This document shows positions 1-12,135 of a stretch of 64,000 nt of DNA, piece after piece. Location of the stretch: contig JAUCBJ010004851.1 in assembly GCA_032718475.1 (NCBI GenBank), positions 52,791 through 116,790 on the forward strand, in the 5' to 3' direction. Each line of letters begins with the position of its first letter. Within the stretch, counting starts at the first letter, position 1. The notes under the pieces were generated by a model. It had not been told where the DNA came from. It saw nothing but the letters and a program-made list of their open reading frames with translations, and searched no databases. Source of the DNA: Nemertoderma westbladi (taxonomy: Eukaryota > Animalia > Xenacoelomorpha). Position numbers and translations under genes: made by a program.

Positions 1-455
1 GGCATTTTCGAGGCCAATAATACTAATCCCATATCTTTCGGTAGTCGATTGAGAAAGAGCTCAAGTAATAGTTCATCAGAGGTTGTGTCGCCTAGTTGCT
101 TTTCCATATCACGTAGCATCTGCGACGGTTTTCTGTCACCAAGGTGCTCTGCTGAAAGCAGTTTTTGAAGCTCTTGGTGGCGTGTTGGGGCGAACCTTTC
201 AATTAATGCGGTTTTCAAACCTTCATATGGATTCGGTTTCGGTGGATTTTTAATAACATCTCTGATGTACCGCGCTACATCGGGAGGTAATGCAGCGACA
301 ATGTGGTCAAATCGCGTTTGTTGGACTGTGATTCGTCTTGCTCGAAATTGTGCCTCCACTTGAAGGAACCAAAGTTCAGGATCGTCACTCCAAAAGGGTG
401 GAATTTTAATACTTACGGCGTTAACTGTTGGTGTTGGAGCTTCATTGTCGGACAT
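1..455 (-). mobile_element. Ty3/Gypsy (CsRn1-like) gag, 5' part, running off the window edge
   Basis: Manual translation from the ATG at 455 gives MSDNEAPTPTVNAVSIKIPPFWSDDPELWFLQVEAQF...HLGDRKPSQMLRDM...LFLNRLP. These are the PPFW/LWFxQxEAQF and LGDRKPS motifs of this gag class. Confidence 0.8.
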
Positions 456-511
456 GTTGCTAAGTTCTTGTGTAATATATTACTTGCGTCGGTTTCGTTG
501 TGTTCCGTAGT

Positions 512-525
512 CGTCCGGGTCACCA
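512..525 (-). promoter_or_regulatory. tRNA-Trp-type primer-binding site of the Gypsy element
   Basis: The - strand reads TGGTGACCCGGACG, 3 nt after an LTR-like CA end. This is one mismatch from the canonical tRNA-Trp PBS TGGTGACCCCGACG. Confidence 0.75.
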
Positions 526-528
526 ATT

Positions 529-667
529 TGTAGCGGTATCAACAGCAGGAATATATGTAGCTTAATAAAAGTGCAATTAACGCAATTAATCGAAAAGATT
601 TATTTAGTCGTATATTTAATAAATGTTATTTAATGTATATAAAATCTCTTGCCAAAGATGATATACA
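529..667 (-). mobile_element. Putative 5' LTR of the Gypsy element (outer boundary uncertain)
   Basis: CA end next to the PBS and AATAAA on the - strand near 600. There is no second LTR in the window to confirm the length. Confidence 0.4.
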
Positions 668-1059
668 GTACGCACAAAATACCAATGGAATAGTGCAACC
701 AGCTTATACTCATATTGCACGCACGTACATTGAGCTAAGGAAGTTTGAATGTCGTTCATGCAATATTAATGCCACAGGAACAACATTACGCTGCACAGTC
801 GCCAAAACTTCCTCCAACTGCGTCCATATCGGTTGAGCTGTTGGTTATGAGGGAGGCAGTGGGTGAGGGTAAAATGCTGCCTCGACTGGTTCATCGCATT
901 TGCATGAATGTCCCCACACAAAAGTTCTCTGCGAGACAATTCAACTGATCCAAGGTAGCTGTTGTTACAAAAAATAAATATAATAAATAGGCCTAAGTCC
1001 CGTTCTCTGACTGTCGTTTAATAAAAACGTACATATCAACTTTCTGGCTGAAGGAGAAT

Positions 1060-1440
1060 GACTTCAGTTTATTTTCTATATTGATATTCCCATCGAGTTC
1101 ATTAAAACTTGGAATAACATCACGTTCGTATAGTGTGTCTAACTGTCTCTGTTCAACTGGTAAGGTTTTACGTGGAGTTGGAGGAGGAGATGGAACACAA
1201 GAAGAAGGAACGCCTGGAAAGTGAAAGGGCGGAACCGTTGGCCTGAGTGAACCGCCAGGCTGCCATTAACCTTCTTATGTGGAATTGACTCGGGTAATCA
1301 CGGCCCAGCGGCCAGTGGTCGATACATAAAACTGCAGAGTCGCCGTATTTAAATGGCGAACCGTCGCTCTCACCGCGTCGTGGTAGAGCATCACAATCCA
1401 TTGCTCTCTTTCACGTTTCACGTGAGGCAAGCGGAGGGAG
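1060..1440 (-). pseudogene. Degenerate THAP-domain coding remnant (possibly the N-terminus of a P-like transposase)
   Basis: Joining three frames gives LRLPHVKREREQWI / DALPRR...SAVLCIDHWP / LRPTVPPFHFPGVPSSCVPSPPPTPRK, matching the THAP pattern P..R..WI, CxxH and the C-terminal VP box. Confidence 0.55.
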
Positions 1441-1443
1441 CTT

Positions 1444-2355
1444 CCCAGTGAAAAGTGCGCAAGCGTTTCGCTAAGCATGCAACGCAGGCGTATCTGATGT
1501 GATTCCCAAGAGTTATAGCCCGACCTTTACCACAAGCGATCTACTTGAGTTATGTCACATAAATATCGCAACAACTTGCGTTAAGTGAAATAAAAATCAC
1601 AACAACTTGCATCCAGTCGCATAAAACTCACATGCGATTCACTTACGACTTTCAAGTGTCATGACGCATAAATATCGCAAAAATCTACTGGTTGTGATTT
1701 TTGTGTAATATATTGAGACCTTTTGTGACAGAAAATATGATACAGTAGTTGAATTTTCCACTACTGTTTGATACTATGGGCTTCCATATCATCTGCCTAC
1801 TGTACTTACCTTACATTACATTACACTCTCTAGACATAGAACATTAGACATGCTGTATGAATCAATAGTAGAAATGGTTGGTTATATAAAGGATAATAGA
1901 AATAGATTAGAATAACCATGATACACTTTTAACTATTCCCTATAATTTTAAATTCTATAAAATATATTAATATAATCTCTGTATTCGACAGCCATATTAG
2001 ATAATTCATATTCATCAATTTTTTATTTTAAAACTATTTTATTTCTTGATAGGCAACTTTATTTTAATTAATAATCTTTAGTGGAATTAAATTCATGCGA
2101 TTCGCATTGGGAATTAACGCATGATAATCTCATGGTGTAAAACATGCATAAAATAAGCGTTAAATGAGGTGTGATTCCCATGCGATTTACATGCACGGAA
2201 TCATATGCGTAAAATAAGTTGTGAATCGCATGCGTGGAATCGCTTCCCTATTTTACATGCGAATCACAAGAGTTTTATCGCTATTTATTGAGCCGCAATA
2301 AAAACGCATGACGCTTTAAAATCACTTGTAATACGCATGCGCATTTTTCACTGGG
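1444..2355. mobile_element. MITE-like element with CCCAGTGAAAA terminal inverted repeats
   Basis: CCCAGTGAAAAGTGCGCA at 1444 versus TGCGCATTTTTCACTGGG ending at 2355, with many subterminal GCATGCG/GATTC motifs. No clear TSD. Confidence 0.6.
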
Positions 2356-3741
2356 GTAGGTACGATACGAGTCGGGTTACCAACATAATTCCCATTGTGG
2401 CCATATACACAACAGTGCTTACTCATAATCACCCATAATATGTGAGTGACAATGCAGAATACACTGCACTAACTAAAGCTCTTTTTTTCTCTTCTTTTTT
2501 AAATCACCTACTTTTGAAAATTTCATCAAAAATAGGTTTTTTCGGTTTTTTTAGTTTAATGTACTATAAATCAGGGCTACTTCTATACACAAGGACTTGG
2601 GACAACTTTTGCCCAATATTTTCTTGATCAACATAAACACTGTTTGTCAGCAATTAATTCTGTAATTAATTAATTAATAATTAATTTTTGTACTAACTGT
2701 AGAGTGCTGTACTACTGTATAGAGCATTAATAGGAGATTCTAACAGTATACATTTTATAGCTGTAGGCCTATTGTGCTAATGCAAATTATACACATGCAT
2801 CCTCTATCATAAAATATGTTCAAATCATATTAATTACAGAATTATGTAATATCTATATACAGATATAACTGTATAATACAAAACCTTAAAAAACCTTTCG
2901 GTTTTTTTAAAAAACTTAACAAGAAATGGATTTTTTGACCCCGAAAACCTTACAGTGGATTATTTTGTTTTGCATTTATTATAACCGGGGCTGTATTCCT
3001 GAATTTCCAGCTTCCGTTTAATGTTTTGGTTAGAAAATGTCGGCCGTCATGTACCTGGCAGTCTACTGCAATCAGTTATTGACTCAACAAAAACCACTCC
3101 ACTTGAATCTCCGCCCTCGAAAACCTATAGTGCATGGTTTCCCTTATTTATAGCCACAATAACATGGGGAATCAAATATCATAAAAAATTACCCCGTTAC
3201 CATGGCAACAGAACGACGTGATATGACCATGAAAATGTCAGAAATGGATTTCTCGACCCCGAAAACCCTATAATGGACTATTTTGTTTTACATTTAAAGC
3301 CGGTTTAGTATGAGAACTGAATGGACCCCGCTAGCGGGGGCTTACTTTTAGCTCTGGCAGTCCTGTAGTAGAGTAGTCAGCTTGGTTTTAACTGAATCGC
3401 TAAATACAATAATAGTGTTTTGGTAATAGGCCCACTACTGTAGGCCTACTAATGGAAATGACTCTCTTCTTCAGGCTAAAACTATAAGGAACTCTCTGAC
3501 TCTAACTAACCGAAAGACTAATTGGTCAAACATACGCCTATTGAGATTGTGATTGAGATTTATTTATACCGAGTTGGTCGTACACATTAATTATAACAAT
3601 AATAATTGCATTATATTTAATTCACAGTGGTAAGCATTTTATAATTTAAAAATTTGCATTAAAGGGATTTAGTTTTTGAGTGTAGATAGTGCACTGATAG
3701 TAGTTGACAGTAGCCGAAGCTACAGTAGTTTTGTCAACAAA

Positions 3742-4386
3742 AATAAGCACAACTAGATGGATTGGCTGAGTTGCTGGTTGATAAAAGATAATGGAGTAGG
3801 TTAACTAGACCAGGTAGACTCTCGGGTTCAAAGGTCACATCAGCGGCGACAATAATATTATATACATCTCTGTCAACCGTTTGATCGTAACTAGACAAAC
3901 TCAAATCAAGGGGCTACACTCTTATGTACAATCATTTTGAAGCTGATGACTCTGTTTGCATTGAGAAGACTTCGAGTTGAGGCAGTTAATGCGAATATTC
4001 TCGCGTAAATTCTCCAGAACGTTTACGTTCGCGTCCGTAAACGTGTACCCCGTAGGAAGTGACGTCATACACGTAATTGTATCGGACAAACCCGCGCCGC
4101 AACCCAACTCTAGGGTTCCTTTACCATCCGTTAGATGGAATCGCCATCTCAACCACTCCGTCAGCGAGAATCCCGCGGGCCAGCTAACAAACCCGGTAGT
4201 TCCCGCAGAAAGGGTGACAATGTTCTCGCGAATAGTCACGCAGCAGTCGTAGGGTAAAACGTAAGTCCGGAAGCAGCTGGTATGCGAATCGGGTCGAGCC
4301 ATAAGTGGAGAGAATCTTTCATACACCATGTCGCTAACTTCGGTAACATTATTAATGAGAAAGCAAGTTCTCGAGGGTGGGAACAC
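3742..4386 (-). pseudogene. EEF2KMT-like pseudogene fragment 1
   Basis: Close match to about 45085-45745 of the intact gene (TTGFVSWPAG, LELGCGAG). It is truncated at both ends, has a small deletion and an in-frame stop at 3922. Confidence 0.9.
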
Positions 4387-5053
4387 AGTAGGAATACCTT
4401 AGTTGGGGTATCCCAGTAACGTGGTTACCGGGATATTCAGCCATGACCGGGATAATTTTGATAAAATGGTAAGACAGTTTAAGGGATTGCAAATAACTAC
4501 ACACAATACCAAACAGGATAATTTAAAATCGAAGATTTATTGTAAAATAAATCCCCATCCTATTGTAAAATTGTTTTATACTATAGAACATTTAGTAGTG
4601 AAACTTATTTATCCTATTGTAAAATTTTCATATTTTGGGGTTTTCTCTTTCATCTGATACAGAATTTAATGGATATTTCAAATACTGTAATACAGTAAAA
4701 CGGCTTGGCGAGATCTTTTTTAAATCTTGAGTTATCGCTGCAATCACCTCAGACCTAACAACAGTTAGACAACAATCCGGCCTACCAATTATTTATACAA
4801 TCTGAGCAGGCTTACACGCCTTCTGCTCAATATTACACTTACAGATAAATAAAACTGACAGAAATAAGTAAAATCCCAATAAAAACCAGGGCTGCAGTCC
4901 CCGATTTAATATTAAGACCTACCGGTATATAATTATCACAATCGAAATAATACTGCTGTACCTGTAAGTACCGGCCCGGATCAGGCGTACAGTTTACCGT
5001 CCTACCGGTACTTTATTGCCTACGGCGCAATAAAGAAACTTGAAATCTATTAA

Positions 5054-7812
5054 TGTTCGCGCTTTTAGACCTTTAGCAGTTTAACCTGCCAATTTTAGTT
5101 GTCCTCTTGTTTATAAATCGACTTTAGCCCTTTACCAATTACCTGGTGTACTGAAGTTACATCAGCCAGTGCCGGATTAACCTTAAGGCATATAAGGCAC
5201 GTGCCTTAAGGCCAGCCGAAAATACGGGCCATTTTTTCTCAGCGAGTCATTCCTGTGAAAATAATATTTTAATCTGAAAAGTCCACATTTTTTCTCACTA
5301 AAATTTGTAGAAAACAGAGCAAGAAAGTGCTTCTTTCGACTACTCTCTATCCCTAAATTTGTGATAGAAAGTGCAAAATTCTAGCTCAGTCGACCGACAG
5401 GTGCTGTTTTATTACTTCGAGACCTAATGGCAGGGAAATAATAAAACAAGGGCAGTAAAACTTTAAAGTGCTAATTATGAACAATGGATAATTTTATTTT
5501 ATTTATTTGTGGGCAATTATTTGTAGTTATGCTCTTAAACTTTCTAGAACAACCAAATAATGACGTGGTGGTGACATACTGGAAACACTGTACATAGTAA
5601 ATGTATGGCGTGGAGATATGGTAGTGCGAAATTTTTTTTTTTACCGGAAACGAGTTTTATAAATATAGGCCCTAATAGATAAAAAAGGATAAATTATGTA
5701 GTAGTAGATAAAATAGTTGTTGATAAAATAGTTGTTGATAAAAAAAACGCGTCAGAAATAACTTTTTGTTACTAATTTAATTTAATTTAACCGAAATTCA
5801 GATGTTCTGCCCTCGTGTATTAAATTTTGCATTCGATGGCGTTTTAGGTGCAATTTCTGCAAAACCTAAAACTCTCGGACAGCATAATTGAATTTGGTTA
5901 AAATAAAATTAGTGACAAATAGTGCTTATTTCCGAGACTGTTCTCTTATAGAAGATCATTACTTTATTAGAGCACAAGCCCACAATTTTGGTGTGTTATA
6001 TTTCTCAGCAAGTCCTGTAAAGATAAGTACCGTGCAAAACCTACAGAAAATAAATACCACATTTTATTCAAAATTGCGATACGATCATTTTGTAGTTTGA
6101 TAGAAAGGCTTTCATAAGGTAACATTTAATTATTTTTGACCAAAAAACTGCTCTTCAACAACATAATATAAAATGCTGATATTTATTTTATTTTCATAGA
6201 AAATAGCCTACATATCTAGGTTCATTTTACCAAAGTCTTGGACCAAGAACTTCAATGCAGGTGGTATTACAGATCCTTAAACATGAGCTAATTTACATAT
6301 AAATGTCTCAAAATTTATAGAATTTTTGAAATAAACCGACCTGCTCAAAAAGTGCCATATTTTTCGAATAAACGGCTTATGAAGCTCTCTATACTCAGTT
6401 TCCGTAGTATATAAAAGATCACATATCATTGTGTTAAGTATTCAGAATAGTAACTTAATAAATAAAACAAATAGATTTGGGGTAATGGTCCCATTAATAT
6501 ATTAAAAATTAAAGCTAGAGAAATTGTACCAAAACCATTACACTTTTTATAGCAAAGGCTTTATAGGCATAATATGCCGTTCAGTAATGTTAAAAATTCT
6601 TGATGAAAACTATTTGTGCAAAGTACTTATAATTAAAGTACTTAGTAGTTATTTGCACGCAGTCATCCAACGAAAATACTTTATATTTCCTTCGCAACAT
6701 TTTCACAATTTCAGTTGTTTTTAGCAGCTTTTTCTTTTGAAAGGGTTTGCGGAAAAATTATATCTTCGGGCCATTTTTGGAAATTACTAAAATGTGCCTT
6801 AGGGCCACCAGAGGCTTAATCCGGCACTGACATCAGCCGAAGCCAGTCCGTGCGCGGCGTATGACCCACGGTGTGGGAGACTGGATTCGGATTGCAGTGT
6901 AGACCTACTGTATTATTCGATTGATCGCTACTATATAATTTCTGACAAATATATTTACTTTCGGGGAAATATTAACAGTTCCTTTATGACGTGGCGCTCT
7001 AAGTATAAAAACAGAGTTATGACTTATACTAATCACAACTAGATGGCCACAGAGTTTCGTAAATAGCGCATTCTTTAGGAGATGCTTTATTAACCTTCAC
7101 ACTACTTCACACTACTTTACACTAGTTCGCACTAATCTGCCGACCATCACTGAATTTGATCATATATAAGGAGAATTGCAACTGACACACGTAGGGATTA
7201 TGAAATAGCATTTAATGCACACTAAAACCACTGTAATGTAAGTCGCAATTGCTACCGGTAAACCTGTTCCTCTAACCTTTAGTAATCAATAAGATTGAGG
7301 GGTTTATGATTATTTATCGGTATTCTCCAAATAATAACATCAATATCCATTAATATAACAACAATTAATACTATAAAACAGAAGTAAAACAGTGCGGTGA
7401 AATGAGTTGTTCAGAGTCAGGTGAAAATTATAATGCATGAAATGTGTATCCAAGGTTAATAGATTTACGTTCTTATAACCAAGGACATCTGATGTTCCTA
7501 GGCCAAAGTCTGAAACTTCCGTACAGAAGCACAGAATTCTGAGTTGTTCTGATTCTCAGAAAATAGTAAACAAAGAGCATAATGCATTGCGCGAGTTTCC
7601 ATAGGTTTCTGTTAGCCGTAAAGTGAAAATTGCTCTGATTGGCTGAATAAGACAGAACAAAGAACTTCCAAGTACACAAAGAATCAGCTGACAGATTTCG
7701 TCATCTTGGTTCTAATTCCTTCCCATCGCGTAGTGGGATAATTTTAGGGCTATTTTAGAGTATTCTGCGCATTGCGTAAAAATGACTTGTTATGTCTGGA
7801 AAAGCTTTTACA
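5054..7812 (-). repeat. 3' LTR of copy 1 (about 1.09 kb, interrupted by a hAT insertion)
   Basis: The - strand begins TGTAAAAGC after GGGAGCAG and ends GCGCGAACA, the same termini as the TSD-defined LTRs of copy 2. Confidence 0.9.
5167..6829. mobile_element. Non-autonomous hAT DNA transposon
   Basis: 14-bp TIR CAGTGCCGGATTAA and 8-bp TSD ACATCAGC (5159-5166 and 6830-6837). The empty site is visible in the other LTR near 26177. Confidence 0.92.
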
Positions 7813-7890
7813 CTGCTCCCATAAAATGGGATTTAAGTCTATAAAATATAAAAAATCACAGTTTCTAAAATACAAAAATACTCTAAACTA

Positions 7891-10800
7891 TTAGTCCTTC
7901 TTTCGTGAACGGCGTTTACGAAGTTTTTTGAGGCTAGTAAGAGTCCTTTTCTCTTTCGGGCGAGCCACTTTACTAGGAGGGCTATAACTCCTGGGTGAGG
8001 GGTGCAATACAATTGCATCGGAAGGTTTTGGATTACGGTCGGTGTATCCGCCGGTCGAGGTACCTGGTTGATCGATATCAACCTCAGTAGAACGAGGTCG
8101 AACAACCTTTAGAGCGCGTTTCAGGACAGCAGCTTTTACTGGTACCTGTCGGGTCGTTTGCACGAGAGCGGTAGGTTGACCGTGAGTAGTGAGAAATTTC
8201 CTCGGTTTGATGGTTCTTTCCAACTCGCATTGTCTGGCTCTATATTCATATGGTCATCTATGAACTTCTTGTAGCTCTGGATGCGAGTTTATGAACAAGT
8301 CACCATATTCCGGATCTTGACGGATGAAGTTGATCAAGTTATAGGAATTCAGTTTGTTAGGATTAATATTCCTAAGGTACTTGCGAACAAATTTAGTTGA
8401 AATATTCTCGCCAACACGCTTCATCAGCTCGTAGCTAGGAGTGCGAGATTTTTGCTCGACAGAAGCAAAAAGATAGGGGTGAAACGCATAGACTCCTTCA
8501 TAAGCATGTCCAGGATAGTATCGATGACGTGATTCGCAATGGAGATCCGCGTTAACTTCCCAAGCTCTGATATAACACAGGGCAACCATTTCGTCTACGC
8601 TTTCTAGATCTCGGTTGAAAGGGCAATCGAAACTTGCGTGTCCTTTAAACTGACAATGATGACATTAAGTAATAAATTGAGGACAGACTGCGAAGATGTG
8701 TAGATTATTGAGTCTACAATACGCACAATAAATCTCCATAGCAGGTTGATCTTTAAAGTAGGACCAGGGTACGCTGGAGTCCACCGTGTAAAGTGATCTC
8801 GTGATGCGCATAATCGGCAACGTTTCCTAGAAACATAATTGGCATGCCGATAATCGTATGCTGTGAGACATTGTGGACCTTGATACCATTCCAGCACGTA
8901 ATCATTGTCACTGCTCCTGGGCGCTCTGGGTTGAATCTCCTCGGACTCTAAGCAAATTGGTTCATCTTCCAATTGCATAGCTGAGGTAGGTGTAGCTGTT
9001 TCTTCAAGTGAACCCATTGTTTGAACTTCCACAATAGAATAACCCGTGGGAATTCGGGGTCTTTGTATGACAGATGAATGTAAGTTCTGTATACAAACGT
9101 CCTTAAAAATAGCGAATCCAGCGCTGTCCAACTTCTCAGCAGCTGAGTCTCTTAAGCTGAGCTTGGTTAAAGCGCGGTCTTTGAGCTGACTATCCACATT
9201 GTGGAACGGAGTCAGAAAACGCCTAAAGCATTCAAATCGGATGAATTTATTGTGTTCATCTAGCTTGGCGAGTTTGGTTCCAAGCAGTAAGGGATGAGCG
9301 CGTATAGTGCGTCTTCACACATCGGCTAGCCAACCGGCAAGTGCGGCGTTCTCGAAGATAGTGTATATAGCTAATGAGAGGCGGAGTGGAACACTCATAA
9401 AGCTATAGTTGACGCCAGGTGCGGTTAATGGTCCGTCAAAGTATAATCGAGAATAATGATCTCCATATACTTGTTGGTAGCTGACAGGGTTTCTGACTTT
9501 GAAATTCCATCCGTATTCTTGGATGTCCGATAGAGGTTCGTTGTACTTTATTGATTCCGCTTGATGTAGCATACATAGTTCGGAAGAAGCCTCGACCTTC
9601 TGCCCATGGCGCAATCAGCTGGGTATCTACAAAAGGATATGGGATATTCTCCATATTTCTGAAGTCATTTTGGTGATCTCCATAAACATCTGAGCCGATT
9701 TTAAGGATTCTCTCGTCAAACAGCATCTCGAGCACTGGCTGGGGTAGCATCGATCCATTTATACCCATGGCCAGTTTGCGCTCGGTATCGGTAACATAAC
9801 GCTGCACGAGTTCGAATTGTCCATGTCGGAGTTTCTTTTGTATCTCGGTGAGAGTCTCAAAAGAATAATCGATCACGTCGGAACACGCTCGAGTAAACAC
9901 ATGGGTAGAACCAGCTAGTCCACGTATGTGTATTATTCGCGTAGTTCCCAGTTCTCCAACCGGAAGGCTACCTTCGTTATCGTAAGTGACAACTCCATAC
10001 ATTTCGATAACATTAAGAGTTTCGTTCCACTCTTTGGTGGTGTTTTCTATGGTCATACCCACTGGATGCCATAAGGTGGCACATTCACTTGCGTTACGTA
10101 GATCGCTATACTTCAGATAATGTGTAGTATAAGTCTCTGCATCTCCATATCGCTGTATTCTCTCTTCCTCGAATAATACATCGAGATTCCAATGGACTAA
10201 TCGAGTTTTAATAAATCCATCGAGATTATACTGAGGCATTATGTCCTTTTATATTCTTGAAACATTATAAGGTTTTCTGAATGAGTTTACTTTAACCAAT
10301 TGATCTACATGTTTCTGTAGTTGTTCGAGTTCGACAAGATCTAGGGGGTTTATCAGTGGTAGAAACCTTAAACTGTGTGTAGTATCTTCTGGTTTCACCA
10401 TATAATATTGAGTTAAATTGACATAATAGGGGTGGTCTTTGATCCCATAAAATGAGTTCGGTAAAGGTCTAGCGCGTAGGTTGACCTCGTGTACCATACA
10501 ACGGACAAGATCCGCTCGATTGTCTGGAGGTTCAACGAGTATACCGTCGACACGAGCCGCCTCGATTGGCGGACATTGTAACATAGGAGCGTCAGCGATA
10601 AGATCTCTAGATCTTAAGTTGATATCAACCGGTTGGGGTTGTACCGTGGCGAAGAGTTTGTCTCCGAAATTGGGAACCATCGAAGGATGAATGATGGTTT
10701 TGGAATAGAGATCAGTCATAAGGATTTGACTTCTGGCTGGGCTAAAGCTCTTCTTCTCTTTTATCCATTTCGATGTGCTTCTCCTCTAGCTGATTTTCTT

Positions 10801-12135
10801 CCGCTTGTCGTTGGAAGCGTTCGTCCAAAAACTCTTGTAGAGAGTATGTTCGTCCAAGTTCGATGTCTTCTTCGAGATTCTGGATTTCCCTATCGAACTG
10901 GGGTAAAGCCAATTCCTTTACCGCTTGTTCTTGCTGCTGCAATTTACGTTTGTCTAAACAATCGTAGGTTCCTTTTCCGATCTTTTGTCGAATAGCGTAT
11001 AACGCGTTTCATACAATGCTCTCCTCCACTTCGGTGACAGGTTGTATCGGGGTTAAACAGGGACGATTATATGGGTTGAACGGTGATATTAGATGTCCGC
11101 ATCCCAATCCGGCTAGGTAGGATGGGCGAATATCTAGAGAGCCCACAACCGGAGTGCCACCGACCAATTGTTCAGGTAACTCTAGATATTTGAACAAGGA
11201 ATACAACTCAGGAGGATCCATCATACTATTAGGATCAAGAGTCTGAGGTCTCACCAGGGAATGAGGAGGTCTGACCGAGTATTCCAGAACTCTGATCATA
11301 GGTTTATTTAAGGATCGTTTGAGTCGAGAGAGCGTAGGTGATACGTCGAACAAGTTTCGCTTGAAACTCCCGTAAGTGTAGCGAGTAAAACTGTGTATAG
11401 CGCAACATCTCCGCGGATGTTTATGTCTTTCCGTTTGTTGGTTGGGTCTAGGGCATTCATCGCAGTAATACCACAGACGCACGTTTTGTAGGGGAAACGC
11501 TGGTGATCTTTCTCCAGTTTTACAATATTCTTCCATCTGTTCGAAGCTATCCGGTACAACAGGTAGCGGTTGATCGGCGGTAAGATACATCATAGTAAAA
11601 TAGAGTCATTTGAGTTCTATCATAGGGTTATGATGTATACCTTGAGGATATCGAGTTTCTAGATTTTGTTGACTGGCTACATTGAGATATGTTTCTCTCA
11701 AGAATTCCAAATATTCGTTGAAGACACTGCGTTTATCCGGCCCTTCAACATCTTCTCTTTCGAGTCGGTTTCGAATAGAAATTTCATGTTCGATTCTCAG
11801 TTTATCATTCCGACTCCACTGGGTATGATATTTAAATAGAATCATTTCCCTTTTGGTGTCAACATCATCCGTGTCGTGTAAATCGATAGGATGATCAGAC
11901 CAGTAGTTAAGAAGTCCATATACGTACCATTACGATGCGTATAGCGAGCGGTGAATTTTCTATAGTCCAATTCACACGTGAGCTGTTCCTTTGACATTGG
12001 CGGTTCGATATAACGGCCATCGTCTTCCGTAGTATGTTGACTAGCGTCGCTGCTTATTAAACTATCAACAAACGCTTGCAATGGTAGGGTATATCGCTCC
12101 CTGATACCAAGATCATCTTCTATTTACTCAGTCAT
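7891..12135 (-). pseudogene. Accessory ORF2 of the BEL/Pao element (about 1400 codons, disrupted): DEDDy-like 3'-5' exonuclease, CCHC knuckles and basic tail
   Basis: Ten consecutive same-strand ORFs join through about four frameshifts and several single stops. Motifs: VVTYDNEG, LPQPVLEMLFDERILKIGSDVYGD, FVDTQLIA, GPLTAPGVNY; CRLCASRDH, CAYCRLNNLHIFAVC, CHHCQFKGHASFDC; KKLRKRRSRKKD. Confidence 0.8.

Noticed and set aside
4403-4657. 84-aa ORF duplicated at 27585-27839
   Set aside because: TTG start, AT-rich, no motifs, and the duplication is explained by the duplicated flank.
7891-12135. ORF2 as an envelope gene
   Set aside because: No evident signal peptide or transmembrane segment. The motifs indicate a nucleic-acid-binding protein.
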